NCBI RefSeq assembly: GCF_001194135.2
Contig: NC_069004.1
Span: 15,288,178 to 15,352,177, forward strand
Source: Octopus bimaculoides
Taxonomy: Eukaryota
Direction of reading: 5' to 3'
Length of the DNA: 64,000 nucleotides
The translations under genes were made by a program, and so were the position numbers. The notes beneath the pieces are model-generated. The model made no database searches. It saw only the letters and a program-made list of their open reading frames with translations, and had not been told where the DNA came from. Below, piece by piece: positions 27,431-40,734 of this stretch (its first letter is position 1; every line of letters begins with the position of its first letter).

Positions 27431-28751
27431 CTAAAACATAACATTAATAACATTTAAATGAACCGTGACATTAAAATGTGAATCTGGCATTTAAAAAATT
27501 TTTTTTTTGTAAGGTAGAAAACGATTTATTGAAAATATTACATGTGGAGGGGTGATAAATCTCATACATTATGAAACATTTTTGAGAATGAGTTCCAAGT
27601 TTTAAGAAGGTATTTTCAAGCTACATAACAATAAATGTAGCTTTGGTAGAAACCATTTGAATTATGAGGGAAAACAAACTTAGTTGAGGGAATATTTCGA
27701 TGTAGAGTAAAAGCAGTTGTATTCAGAACTGACATTGACATCACAAAACAAAAGTAGATATTAGATAGTGGCAAATGAATAGCTCCTGAAATAAGAGACG
27801 CTGAAAAGTTAGGATCCCAGAAGTGAAAGGGAGCAATTTAATTTTTATTAGGTAAAGCATGGGCTCAAAGTACACGGTTTGCTACAGCAATATATATATA
27901 ATCATTTAATGTCTGCTTTCCATGCAGGCATGGACTGGAGGTTTAATAAGAGCTGGCTTTAATATGGTTTCTATAGCTGGATACCCTTCCTAATGCCAAC
28001 CATTTTACAGAGTGTAATGGGTGCTTTTTACATAGCACCAGCACTGACAGGGTAACCAAGTAACTTGCAAGACAAAACGCCATTCAATGAGAGAAGGGAG
28101 TAGTAGTGGAGGTGGATTTGTGACAGCTGAGAAATTAGGGGTATAGAGGAACAGGTGTCTTGCTGTATAGCAGATACATGAATACTCCATTTGAAAATAA
28201 AAGTAGGGTGATGCATGAAGCAGTGTTGAATGAAATATTTATGTAAAGTCACATTTAACATGTTTGAGTGCATTCAGATCTAAGAAGACCTGCTGTGGAA
28301 ATAGGAGAGGTAGGTGAAAGTGCTACAGCAATTAAATCTGAATTGAATCCCAGATATGGTTTGTTGAAAATTTGCTATTCTTTGAATCTGTGCCATCTGA
28401 TTTCTGCAGACCAACTTCTTTTTCATGTCTGTATAATATCGAAGTAGATATCTGTCTGGACTAATGCCAACTATTAACTGATAGAAGAATATGTATAGTG
28501 GGTGCATGCCTTGAAATTTTTACTCTCTGCAATAATTATTCCATATGCTGCTACAGCAACAACAACAATAGAAGAAAATAATAATAAATAAAATTTTGGT
28601 GCTGTTATTTTCACTGCAAAGGACTTTCAATACACTGAAAATAACAGGACCAAAACAAACCACAGTACATACCCAAGGCACACAGAGCTGCACTCAATAG
28701 TGCAGTGAAAGCACAATAAAAATACTACTACTGAATGATAATAATAATTAC

Positions 28752-28811
28752 CATGGTATCAACATCATCATCATCAGAGTTGTCTTCATCACTGCCATCA
28801 TCTCCACCCTC
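28752..28811 (-). CDS. TRIP12: TRIP12 acidic exon: EGGDDGSDEDNSDDDDVDTM
   Basis: 60 nt, phase 0-0, corresponds to the human EDDEDSDDDGSDEE tract. Confidence 0.88.
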
Positions 28812-28849
28812 CTAAATTACATGAAAATAGACAAATGGTAAAATAAAAA

Positions 28850-29880
28850 TATACCTGCTGTGTGAGTGAAATGAAAATTGCTGGATCAGGTCATGAAAGT
28901 TACAGAAAAGGTCATAGCTTAACAGATTAGGGAGAGAGTTAACCTAGATGAGATGCAGTTTGGTTTTGTGCCATGGCAAAGCACAGTTGATACCCATCTT
29001 CCTAGTAAGGCAGCTGCAGGAGAAACATTGAGCCAAAAATAAACTGCTGTACATTGGCTTTTGTTGATATGGAGGAAGTCTTTCATAGGATCCCTCACTT
29101 TCCATTCTGGTAGTCACTGCAGATGCTAAGGGGAGATGAGTGGCTGGTGAGAGCCATTCAAGCCATGTACAGGGATGCTGCCAGTAAGGTGCAAGTCAGC
29201 AATGAATTTAACATGCAGGTTTACCGAAGCTTGGTTCTCCACTTCCTTTTGTTTATCATAGTCCTCCAGGCTATAACAGAGGGATTTAAAACTGGTTTGT
29301 TCACAAGAGCACTGATGATCTTGTTCTTATGCTGAATGTATAGTAGAATCAAAGAAGTTCAGGTGTGGAAGCAAGCTCAGAAAGCAAAGACCAAAGTCTT
29401 AGTAAGTAACGAAACAGACAAATCACAAATCCCTTCAGGGAGATGGCCCTACTTGATATGTAGAAAAGATGTAGGTAGAAACTCCATAGAGTGTAGCCAG
29501 TACAAGCTATGGACACCTAAGAGGTGCAGTGGAATCACAGGAAGGTTAACAGAGGTGTGTAGTAGATATGCAGGAATAATAAACACCGAGAACACAGAGG
29601 TAGATTTCCTTCAATGCCCAGAGGGATCATTAGAAGTAGTAGATAATGCCAGTGTGTATGTATGACAAAGTGTAAATATGTTGAGAGAAAAATTGGGTAT
29701 AAGAGGCATCAGACATAATGTGCAAGAGAAGATTGTGCTGATACGGTCATTGATGCATATGAAAACAGCTGCATAAATAAGCATCGATCTCTGAATGTGA
29801 AGGGAACCTGTGGAAGTGGAAGACCTAGGAAGACATGGAACAAAGTTGTGAAAAATGACCTTCAGATGTTGAACCTCATT
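28850..29880 (+). mobile_element. decayed RTE-clade LINE RT region
   Basis: DEMQFGFVP, VRQLQEK, EWLVRAIQAMYRDA, LLFIIVLQAITE motifs with stops and frameshifts. Confidence 0.85.
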
Positions 29881-30312
29881 CTACTGGTAACAGACAATTC
29901 CTACCCTAGTCCAATCATAAATCAAACCTAAGTAATGATAACTAGCCCTAAAGCTATCTCTGCACTTAGCATTATTAGTTACACATTTCCAGAAGAGCTT
30001 TCTTATCACAACCTCTCTATTGACTGGTATTATACACCATTGGCAACTACACCATAAACACTGCAGCCAACAAGGAAACTGCTGTGCTGCCATTTCAACC
30101 TCTTAAATATAGTACTGGAATTTCCTTTATAACATGCAATCATCTTGAAAAAGAAAATGACACATTTGATAGTATGGTCCTAGATATACAAGGGCTGAAA
30201 AAATGAAGGAATTGTGATAGCTAGAATGCCTTCAGCTATACATCTGCTCAATCAGGGCTGTCGTAAGGTTAAACAAGGCGATATTCACAAAACAGAAGCA
30301 ACACATTCTTAC

Positions 30313-30447
30313 CAACTGTATTCTTCCATATCCTCTCATGACTAAATATCGCTCAATAGCTTGAACCAAAGCTAATGGGTCAATCTTGACAGGTCCTCCT
30401 TTCCACTGTTTTAGATTAGAACACTCCGGGTGTCGTTGCAAATGGCA
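30313..30447 (-). CDS. TRIP12: TRIP12 exon: [45 protein letters not shown]
   Basis: 135 nt, phase 0-0. Confidence 0.96.
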
Positions 30448-31310
30448 CTGAAAATTTAAAACAAAAATATAATATATCGACTTGGAACTTACTTTTGCAA
30501 TATATCAACATGAAAGTTTTTGTCTATTTGTTTAACCCTTTAGTATTCAGATTACTCCGTCACATTTTTTATTAATTATGGTTTTCGATTAATTATGGTT
30601 TATATTGTAGCTTCAAGGTTTCAATGATCAGATTGTTTATTTTTAGAAATGACACAGTAAGATACTTGTGAGATGCCAAATCTGGATTATTTAATCATAA
30701 AACAAGATATTAGAGGTAGATGTAGCCGGTTTAAATGCTAATGGGTTAAAAATATTTTACAATCATTTTTCAAACTGGCATTAGCAGAATTCAATTTACA
30801 CTTTAGTATAATTGCTAAATTATATAAATACTTTAGTATAAAGTAGCTCAGGGAGGAGCTTCTATTTTCTTTTCTTAAACACCAAGTACCACTCTTATTG
30901 CTAAATACAATTAAAGTAGAACTGTATGTCTTTTCAGTAGTCACATTAGGCTGCTGTTTTACTATCTTAACTGAACATAAACTGAAGAAAACAAACTTCT
31001 CTGATACAGTGCAAAAGCTAGAGTGAGATTTGAAATAATTAAATTGTTAGTAGTATGGTATCTTAACTAAACAACCAGAGCATCATATTTCTGTTAACAG
31101 ATCCACAATCATATGGTTCTGGAGTTGACTCCACAACCTGGATCCTAAGGCAAGTCTTCCAGGAGTTACATTTGAAAAGTAAGAACAATGCTGAAAATCA
31201 TTGGATGTGGATGTCATGGGTTGCAGCCAACTACAAATATTGACATCACTTTCCGTAAGCAGAACTCAGAGTAAATTGTAATGTTACAAAGCCCAAGAGG
31301 AAGTATTTAC

Positions 31311-31403
31311 CTTCAACTGGTGTGTGTTGAAAAACTTAAGAGCATTTGAACCTCTCCCAGTGCCTGTCACACCACCTGGAAGATCATGAACTTTAACCTG
31401 AAA
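31311..31403 (-). CDS. TRIP12: TRIP12 exon: [31 protein letters not shown]
   Basis: 93 nt, phase 0-0; a second in-frame AG lies 6 nt downstream (exon start 31397). Confidence 0.93.
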
Positions 31404-32118
31404 CTAAAAACAGAGGACAAAAATTTAACAACTATTCAAATAATAGAAACAAAAAAAAACCAAAAAAAAAAAATTATTTTTTGTTTGTTTTGTCTTGTAG
31501 TATCAGCAATGGACTGTAATGTATACACCTCTAGCAGGATTTCAATATTTGTGAAGATTATCTTCAAAAATATTCACTGCAAAAACATTGAATTCTATAA
31601 CAGGTATATAAAAAAAACAAATGAATTGACTTGGTTAATTAAAATTATTTCTAATACTGAATGGTATTTAAAAGATGTAGTTAGCTCTTGCTGTGAAAGC
31701 ATTAATAGATAAAAAAATAAGTAGCTTTTTCTTGACATGGGACAATAACTGACTTTCAAAATAAAATAAGATATAAAGATGAGATTTAAGAAGAAAAGGA
31801 AGGATAAAAACATCAACCAGCTGTTAAAGACGAGGGACCATCTAGCAAGTCTCATTTGTTACCAACACAGAGAGTCTGGTTGATTTATACCATCAGTAAA
31901 TGGAAGACCAAGAGTGACTTGAGAAATTCAGAAAGACCCTTAGAGAAGAGGTGAGAGAAGTGGCAAGGTGTTGCATAACAATCCTAGCCAACCCATGCTA
32001 GTATGGAAGATGATGATGATACCTAGGGTAAGAAAGTCCAGTAAACTCGTAGTTGCTGAATGTGTGTGTGTGTGTGTGTGTGTAGTTAGAAATACACAAA
32101 ATAATGAATAAAACTTAC

Positions 32119-32220
32119 CTGTTCTAAATGATGAAGGCAGCCAATCAGTTTACTGACCAATGGACTAAGTGCAGGTGGATCACTTACTTCAATTTCTTTC
32201 ACAAACACTGAATCAGGAGC
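32119..32220 (-). CDS. TRIP12: TRIP12 exon: APDSVFVKEIEVSDPPALSPLVSKLIGCLHHLEQ
   Basis: 102 nt, phase 0-0. Confidence 0.9.
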
Positions 32221-32463
32221 CTAGAAAAAAATATATGTATAAATGCCAATTTACTCCAAATATCTTTTATCTTAAAAGTTGAACCTTATTACACACACAC
32301 AGATCAAAGATATGCTTTTATGGCAGACAAACATTACGACACGACACATGTTTATATAACAGTCTTCTATACAGTTACCATCTACTAATTTTATTGACAA
32401 AGCATTAGTCAACCTGAGTAGAACACCACCAATATACTCCAGGTAATTTTTACCTTAACATAT

Positions 32464-32736
32464 AGGTGCAGGCATGGCCATATGGTAAGAAGTTTGTTTC
32501 CCAAGCATATGGTTCCAGGTTCAGCCCCACTGCTTGGCACATCAGGCAATGGTCTTCTATAGCCTCAAGCTGACCAAAGCCTACCAAGTGCATTTGGTAA
32601 ACAGAAACTAAAAGAAGCCTGTCGTGTGTGAGGGCATGTATTTGTCCCCTACTGCCGCTTGACAACCTATGTTTGTGTGTTTATGTTCCTGTAACTTAGT
32701 AGTCCACCAAAACAAACTGATAGAATAAGTTCCAGG

Positions 32737-32780
<44 letters not shown>

Positions 32781-32870
32781 GTACAGGAGTTGATTCATTC
32801 AACTGAAAGTTCAAGGCGGTGCCGCAGCATGGCCACAACCTAATGACTGAAACAAGTGAAAAATAAAAGA
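32464..32870 (+). mobile_element. tRNA-type SINE family (ggtaagaagcttgcttcccaaccacatggttcc...); other copies at 14329-14664, 15274-15421, 36364-36727, 48920-49035 (+) and 46620-46765, 54052-54365 (-)
   Basis: Recurrent shared sequence with internal (TG)n/(TA)n. Confidence 0.75.
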
Positions 32871-33463
32871 CATTGCAACTTATCCAAACATACTTTATAT
32901 CATTGCTTTAACTTGAACCCCATATTGACTACATTCACAAAGCAATTACAACTACATGAACAGGTGTAGTGTCTTTGTCATGAAACTAGCTTTTGTCATC
33001 TTTTGTACCAATTCCTCTACAGAGTAGGCAAATGGAAATGCTTAAGAGTATGAGATCGTTAGTTGGTAGCAGTAACTAGCATCATAATTTTTTTCATGAA
33101 ATAAATCTTGCAGCAATCAAATAAAGGGAAAAAAAATCTCTACTTTTAGTTCTCGCTGTCTATTCACATTCTCTGCTTTCTATAGAATAAAATAACCTGT
33201 ATCAATGTGTATGCTATATTCCTTACAGTCATAAGTACATATTTTCTACAAGTTCAGTCTTTTAGTTTTAACAATTGGGTCTTAAATAAAACAGAAATCA
33301 CAAAGCATAGAGAAACAGTGGTTTTACATCAGAGTGAAGCTGATGAGAAAGTAAGAGAAGTGACTTCAGGTTTGTTTTGCGAGACAGAAAAATACAGTTG
33401 ATAGTCATGTGTGATTACAAGCAAGATAGATACTAAAGTGAAAGACTTGATGAAGCAACTTAC

Positions 33464-33649
33464 TGGACAGTTGAGGAACACGTGGAGAAAACGCCGTATC
33501 CTTTCATCTCTTGCAACTGTTGCAGAGTTGGCAGTGAGGTATTGTAAGAGTTTATTCACAAGGCCACTGTGTATCACTTCAAAAGGAGAGACATCACTGC
33601 TTCGCATAATATCACAAATTTCTTGAAGTGCCTGAATTCCATTATCTTC
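33464..33649 (-). CDS. TRIP12: TRIP12 exon: EDNGIQALQEICDIMRSSDVSPFEVIHSGLV...RRFLHVFLNCP
   Basis: 186 nt, phase 0-0. Confidence 0.94.
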
Positions 33650-35063
33650 CTTAAAACATGAAATAAAAAATAAAATAAAATAAGAATCAGATTTATATAG
33701 AATTCCATAAATATCTGTGTTTGGAACCAATATGTATGTAAGTAACTGTTGTGTACCACTGTATAGCAATTACAGCGACAACTTCCATGAAACCAAGCAC
33801 AATAGTTGCTGAAGGAAAATAATTATAATAGAGAACCCCATTGTGTTCTGACAGTAAGAGGTCTGCTCACCAAACGAAGTTGTGTCAACCCAGTCTTTCA
33901 AAAACAAAAACAAAAACAAATAAAGTTTGGTGTACCTTAAAACTGTGCTGCAACCAGTATGCTGTGGCACACAGGTGTACCACCAGACAATGCTATGTGT
34001 ACAGCAGTGTAACCTGAATATGATTTTTTCCCGACCCTATACTTTTAGTTCTACTTTTAGCTCAGGCATGCTGACAAATTTTGAAAAGAATATAAGTGTA
34101 CCGTGAGTGAAAAAAGTTGTGGAGTACTTCCTTAAACCACAGCTAAGATACTGAACTATAAGTTTAATAGATAATAATGCATAAATGCCGTTAAAAGAAA
34201 TCTCATTAAAATGGACTATACTTACTGCACAACTATATAACTATAGCAACTGTGCTAATATAGTATACATTTAATTTAACTCACCGTAACAACTGTATAC
34301 ACAGTTCATGTCTATGTGTACACATGTGCATGTATTTCTTTTTTTTTTTTTTTTTTGCAAGATGAAGTCTCACCTTCATGCTACTCTGATTTTCATATTG
34401 CAATCAATGACAATTATTGAAAAAGCATTCAAGAAATAGTGACAGAGAAATCGCCGTCTTGAATAAATGAATAAACTCCACATGTTCTCTCATTTCTACA
34501 TCCAAATAAACACACACACACAAATAGATTTAGAATAACAATAATACTAACAACCATATGTAATTAACTACATTACACTGTATCATGTGGCTGTGTACTA
34601 TACTGCTATGCACATCCACTTTTGACTGACTGAGATTTTATTTTTTCAGTGATTTCTATCATTGGATTTGAAGTGTTTTTACTTGATTACATATCTTGTT
34701 TTCAGACAGAGAGAAAGAAAACTAAAAATTCACATAAGAGGAGATAATTCAACCAGACAATGTCACATTGGGGACCTAATGCTGGCGTCTGCAATTCCCA
34801 ACACTTGAGTCAACTCGAGGCAACAACAAAAGACACTTGCCCAAATTGTCATGTAGTGAAATGAAACCCAACAGTGGGGTTTTGCAGTGAATTTTTTCAA
34901 GCACACCTCTATACCTGTGTCGATTGTTCTACAATGGATACTCAAACAAGTATGATTAACTTCACTGTAACATACAATGCTTGTTTGTCAACTAAATTTT
35001 ACAATGTAACATTTTATCAGTGATTAGAATAGCTAGAATTACTGAAAACGATATAATATTTAC

Positions 35064-35167
35064 CTCAATGGTAAGATTGTCTGTTGCAGAACACAACCGA
35101 TTCAACATGTTTAAAGCAGGATGGCTATGGGTGTCAGAATTGAAATACTGGTCGAGGAATCTGATTG
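35064..35167 (-). CDS. TRIP12: TRIP12 exon: (A)IRFLDQYFNSDTHSHPALNMLNRLCSATDNLTIE
   Basis: 104 nt, phase 1-0. Confidence 0.92.
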
Positions 35168-35784
35168 CTGTAGAAAAGGCACAAAACAAATATGAATTAA
35201 AATATGAAATATTTATACAACAGGCATGTAGGAAGTTTGGTTCATGTGCTAAGTGAGAGTAGTTGAAAACTGTGATGTAGCATCATTCATAACATCATGG
35301 TCTGCATTGATATTTTAATGTAAAAACAGTTTATCCAAACAAATACAGTTCATAAAAGAAGAGATTTTTCATGGGCTTTTGTACAGTCTAATACCACATA
35401 ATATATTTCAGTGTGTATTCCTAACATCAAAGATATCGACATAGATTTCTATATAATCTAACAGCAGCAGAGAGATATTACATATCTGTGTTTCTGAACA
35501 CACATCTATGTGAATTGTATCAACACATATCACCTCTGTAGGTCGTCTGTAAAAACAAACATCACCAAATCATATGTTCTGAATCAAAATATTACAGCCA
35601 CTGCTGTGAAGAGGGGACAGTTATAGGTATGTAAAAAAGGGCAGTCGTAGCTGTGAAGAGGGGACAGTCCAAAAACTGTGAAAAAAAAAAAGAGCAGTGA
35701 AATCTACAAGTGAGGACAACCACAGCTCTGTTAAATATTTCATCATCATTTCAATACAAATACTGAAAATCTCTTATTGTGTAC

Positions 35785-35863
35785 CTTGTTCTTTGATCCA
35801 TGTTTTCACCTTTTCTTTATGACCATATGTATTTGATGACACCATCTTAGAGACTGGACCTTC
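35785..35863 (-). CDS. TRIP12: TRIP12 exon: EGPVSKMVSSNTYGHKEKVKTWIKEQ
   Basis: 79 nt, phase 0-1. Confidence 0.9.
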
Positions 35864-37506
35864 CTACAAAGCAAACAAAAATCTTTTTCTTTTACTATGC
35901 TTTTTTTTTCAATGCTAGCATATGCTAGTCAGACAAATTTTTAAAATGCCAATAAATCACTCCACCTCATATATCTACTACATTACTATACCAATACAGA
36001 ATACAATTACATCTACAATATGTAATCTTCCAGAATATTTCAACACCCCTTCATTTTATCTTGCTTACATTACCTTTCCTGTCGACACCACATCAGTCAT
36101 CTTCCCATTCTCTAGACATTGCCATTCATCCAGAACCAACCAAAACCAACATGTCCTTTTTACTACTAGCAACACCAATTAATCTCATATACAACCAACA
36201 ATATAGCTATACCAGACATACAAGAAATAACTAGAATACATCAAAACATTCATAGTCTTCTAATAAAATTTAATAGGAATATATTCTATCAAACGTGATA
36301 TTTTCCCAAAATAACTTTTAATAAAATTTAAGGTAGATGGAGACACTTGTGAAATATAAGTATAGGCACTGGTACAGCTATGTCAGGAGCTAGTTTCCCA
36401 ACCACATGGTTCAAGTGCAGTCCCACTGCATGGCACCTTGTAGAAGGTGTCTTCTACTATAGCCTTATTCTGACCAAAACCCTGTGAGTGGATTTAATAG
36501 ATGGAAACTGAAAGAAACCCATCACGCACGTGTGTGTGTGTGTGTGTGTGTGCGCCTTTGTGCCTGTTTGTCCACCACCACTTGACAACCAGTGTGATGT
36601 TTATGCCCATGTAGCTTAGCAGTTTGGCAAAAACAATCAATAGAGTAACTACTAGGCTTGAGAAAATAAGTCCTGGGCTTGGTTTGTTCGACTAAAACTC
36701 TTCAAGGAAATGCCCCAGCATAGTCACAGAATCTATAGCTATACGACAACAGACAATATCTTACAATAATCCACTGTGTGCTTAGTCAGTGAAGAAGACA
36801 CTTTTTTCAGTCAAAAGATTGTAGAAATAATGGCCAAATAACATTCAAATTAAATCCTGCTATCTTTTAAAAGAGATAGCTTGTGTGGTCCTGAGTGCAA
36901 AATGTCCAGGAAAAAGACATAAATGGCAACAATTGGGGAGCAGTTGTTTGCTGCTATGTTTAACCAAGGTTGATTTGGGAGTTAAACACAACCACCACCA
37001 CTGCATGTGGAAGTGCACGGCATGCACCTTAAATGAGAGATGCACAACTTACAAGGAATGTTGGATCTGTAGATCACACCCAGTCAGTCAACTGTCTATG
37101 TGCCATGGGTCTGCTCAGTACAATCAGTGTTGAACAGCATATATGACATCAAGGTTACATTGTCCTCAACAATCATAGTGGTTTGCCTTGGCTAAAGACA
37201 GTAAGTGTAATACTAAGGCTTTGAGATATTATACTGAACCATGGCCAGAACTCTATCACAATTCCATTTAATATAAAAAAAAAAATAACACTAAAGCATT
37301 CAGATTACTAATTCAGCAGACCAAAAGTAGCCAAGTCAATGAGGGCTGCCTTTATAGTTAACAGATCACAACCATTTTACTATTTTATAAATGGAAGAAC
37401 ACATTGTGTAAGGGAGTCTTGGATACAATATCTGAAAATAGGCTGAGCTGGTCGTGGCTGGAAGACGAGTAGCATAGAAAAAAGATAGTTGAAAGATTAT
37501 ACTCAC

Positions 37507-37619
37507 TTTTGTAAGAATAGCTTTATCAACATTTAAGCTGCCAAGTTTTCCCCAGCTTCTTGGATTCAAACTTGGTAAAAAAGAACTCTTTGTAGATGTG
37601 GCAGATTTAAATTCTTTAC
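37507..37619 (-). CDS. TRIP12: TRIP12 exon: KEFKSATSTKSSFLPSLNPRSWGKLGSLNVDKAILTK
   Basis: 113 nt, phase 1-0, matches KSSFLASLNPKTWG. Confidence 0.91.
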
Positions 37620-37749
37620 CTACAATGAGTAGAATCATTAATAAAAGTGGTTGGTCAAAGAAGAGAATATGTCTGAGTTATTGAGAAGGAACAATTACTG
37701 AGATTGACTGCTATATAGAAGGACAGACCACTAAGAATATGAAGGAAGG

Positions 37750-39020
37750 GAAAAAAGCAGGTACACAAAGAATAGTCAACAAAATATCTGACAAAGGAGG
37801 ACAGGGCTGATCGTGCATAAAAATCAGTCAGGCAGTACAGGGAAGTGTTATCTCCTTTGGTATAAGCTGCTGCACGAGCAGCATGAACTACTTACAAGTG
37901 TCATGAAAGATGCTTGCAGAGAATAACTAGAGAGGCCATTAGGCCAGCAGAAAGTGACTGCTCAGCTAAACAAGGAGATGCAGTTTGGGTTTTTGTGCCA
38001 GTACTTAAGTTAATGACAGGAGAATTTCTTAGCTAAGAACAAACAACTACATTTAAAATTCATTAACTCGGAGAAATTGTTTGAAAGGTTAACACATTCC
38101 ATAGAGTAGAGTTACGTGAAGCTTGCATTGTCAGAACAATGAAATCAGTAAAGAATTTAGCACGCAAAAAGGTATCTATTGGGGATCAGTTTTCAACCCA
38201 CTCTTATTTATAATAGTTGTCCAAGCTATAACATGCTTATAGTTTTGTAGCTTGCATCAAGAGAGATAACACTTCCCTGTACTGCCTGACTGGTTTTTCT
38301 TGAAAAACTGTATTCTGACAACTTAGTCAAAGAATAACAGCAAAGTTCCTTTAAAAAGAAGTAGAATCAACAAACAAGAGATTTCTGTAGCCTCATTCAG
38401 TTGAAGGGGATCTAAGTCCTGCAAGCTGCATGGCAATCTCACTAGTGCTGGTGCCACAAAAAAAAGTATCCAGTATTCTCTGTAAAGTGGTTGGTGAGAA
38501 GGGTCATTCTAGCCATACAAACCATGCTGAAGCAGGTGAAGTGTCAGGTCCTGTCAAACTCATGGAAGATGGAGATTAAAAGAGGATGAAGTAGGTAGAA
38601 AGTCTGTATTCTGACTGTACTCAATGCAAACAAGTACACAAAAGGCACAGTGGAATGTTAGATAGGCTGACAAGAAAGATTTCATTGGTAAAAAATGCAC
38701 AAGAGTGGCAAACAATAAGAGAAATCAAAAGTGAAAATTCAACTTCACAGAAACCTCTTTAGATGTAGTTACCTTCTGTTACCAAAGTGACCTAATCAAG
38801 AGTGAAAGTAGGTGTTGTGAAAGCTTAACAAAGGGCTTGTTTCTCCATATGAAGGTAACCTTTAGGATACTTGTGTGCAAAGTATGGCATTATATAGCAG
38901 CAAGGGGGTATATGTGAAAGGTAGAAAAAATAAGTCAAGCATTCTCTGCTGGATATGAGAAGAATGAAAACATGTTAACACAAAAAGCCTATAGAAGAGG
39001 AAAATCAGAGACATGGTGAC
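37750..39020 (+). mobile_element. heavily decayed RTE-like LINE fragments
   Basis: gatgcagtttggg, ggatcagttttcaacccactcttatttataatagt and similar remnants of the 28850-29880 family. Confidence 0.55.
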
Positions 39021-39642
39021 AAGAACCACAGCAAATAAAAAGATACTCTAGAGAAACTTACCTACCCAAACCATATTATGGAAAAGCAGACGTGGTAAAG
39101 AAAATGATAAACAAAATCTTTGGTTTCTTAAAACCATTATGCTGCCTAACTGATGCAGTAATAAACTCACACCGCCAACTTCAACACTAGTGATTTAATA
39201 TTTTAAATCCTAAGAGTGGATTTCAGAAAGGTTAAAATGTCAGATTTTGCAGTATTTCAGTATGTCTCTGTTTTAAATTTAAACCTCACTAGGATAAACT
39301 TTTCTATTCATTCATCTGAGCTTAAAAAAGACATAGCAGTGATAAACCAGAAATTATTTTAAATGTGTGGTTTTGTACCAATGTCAGAAATCCAGGTCTC
39401 TATGGAAACTGCTATATTTATCTATCAAGCCAAATTCCTGCTGCTCTCATGCATTCTCCATTTCCATTATGACAAAATAATTGTCTCTGCAGGTTTGTCT
39501 TTGTTCAGAATTCAAAAATAAAACTGAATTCTTGTATTTCAGTGCCATAGCCTTTGGGCTGTTTTTCTCTATAACTGAGTCAGCCACTCCTCCACCATGA
39601 AGGTGGCTACCTAACTTAGCAGTTGTTCCCTAATTAGGGAGC

Positions 39643-39938
39643 CATCATCATCATCATTTAACGTCCGCTTTCCATGCTAGCAAGGGTTGGACGATTTGAC
39701 TGAGGACTGGCAAGCCAGAAGGCTGCACCAGCCTCCAATCTGATCTGGCAGAGTTTCTACAGCTGGATGCTCTTCCTAACGCCAACCACTCCGAGAGTGT
39801 AGTGGGTGTTTTTATGTGCCACCAGTACGAGGGCCAGTCACACGGTACTGGCAATGGCCACACTCAAAAAGCTTTTTTTTTTTATGTGCCACCTGCATGG
39901 GAGCCAGTCCAGGGGCACTGGCAACGACCTTGTTCGAA
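39643..39938 (-). mobile_element. fairly young copy of the same repeat
   Basis: Direct comparison with the other copies. Confidence 0.85.
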
Positions 39939-40346
39939 TGTGCTAGAAGGCAACACAGTAAATGAGATTAATGTTTAACTGGTTGGGACAAAATGTAGAA
40001 AGGAAGAAAGTTCTTATAGTAAGAAGGATTTGAAGAAAGAGTGGATGAAAAGTAATTGATATCAGTTCTGAGAAAATGGGAGAATAGTGATGGAGGTAAG
40101 GTAACTGATAAGAGGAGAAAAAACTGGGGACCATACAGAAATAAAACAGAGACTGTTGTAAAAGTAGTCAGAAAAACAAAGAGACAGGCCTAACAATATA
40201 GTGTATGGGGCTTAGACACATCTGAAAACTGATGCAGAAGTTCTTTAAGGAAGCATTATTAAAACAAGAATCTATTTCTGACTATCTGTCAATGTGGAAT
40301 GTGTTCAGTCTACCAACAAGTCAGAACTTTTTCTGAGATCACTCAC

Positions 40347-40389
40347 CCTGCCAAGAAATATTGGCCAAACCTATTCTAAATCGCACTCT
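40347..40389 (-). CDS. TRIP12: candidate 43-nt TRIP12 exon RVRFRIGLANISWQ(G), or a poison exon
   Basis: ccttcttgtctctag acceptor, GG|gtgagt donor; only the phase-0 entry is open, and it exits in phase 1 as the next exon requires. Confidence 0.5.
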
Positions 40390-40444
40390 CTAGAGACAAG
40401 AAGGACACATTGGACAATATATAATACCAGATATACCATGTCTG

Positions 40445-40590
40445 NNNNNNNNNNNNNNNNNNNNNNNNNNNNNNNNNNNNNNNNNNNNNNNNNNNNNNNN
40501 NNNNNNNNNNNNNNNNNNNNNNNNNNNNNNNNNNNNNNNNNNNNNNNNNNNNNNNNNNNNNNNNNNNNNNNNNNNNNNNNNNNNNNNNNN
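40445..40590. other. assembly gap (146 N) interrupting a coding exon; 10-N gaps at 5744-5753 and 44888-44897
   Basis: N runs. Confidence 1.
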
Positions 40591-40734
40591 GAAGCTTTTC
40601 CACGACTAGATGATCGGCTCCCACACAAACTGGGACTTTTCACTCCGAGATCATTAGCATCATCAGTTTTATTTCCCTTCTTTGTTGGTCCACGCTTTGA
40701 TGGCTTCTTCCTCTTCAAGACATCACTAAGTCGT
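40591..40734 (-). CDS. TRIP12: TRIP12 exon (3' end lost in N gap): RLSDVLKRKKPSKRGPTKKGNKTDD...SRGKA
   Basis: ttgtag acceptor, phase 2 in, matches RLSDVLKRK; runs into gap 40445-40590. Confidence 0.88.

Noticed and set aside
28270-28480. Coding-looking stretch (ORF 28280-28507)
   Set aside because: The flanking exons 28752 and 27430 already join in frame with full homology, and no convincing splice-site pair keeps an open frame.
33940-34132. Degenerate hAT-like MITE remnant
   Set aside because: Termini too decayed to define TIR or TSD.
34760-34950. Complex non-repeat intronic segment with a 14-nt AG...GT unit; considered as microexon or snoRNA
   Set aside because: Frame-shifting length, and no box C/D or H/ACA arrangement found by eye.
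37400-37460. Possible mini-exon after the SWGKL exon
   Set aside because: It would need a 49-nt intron and has no good donor.
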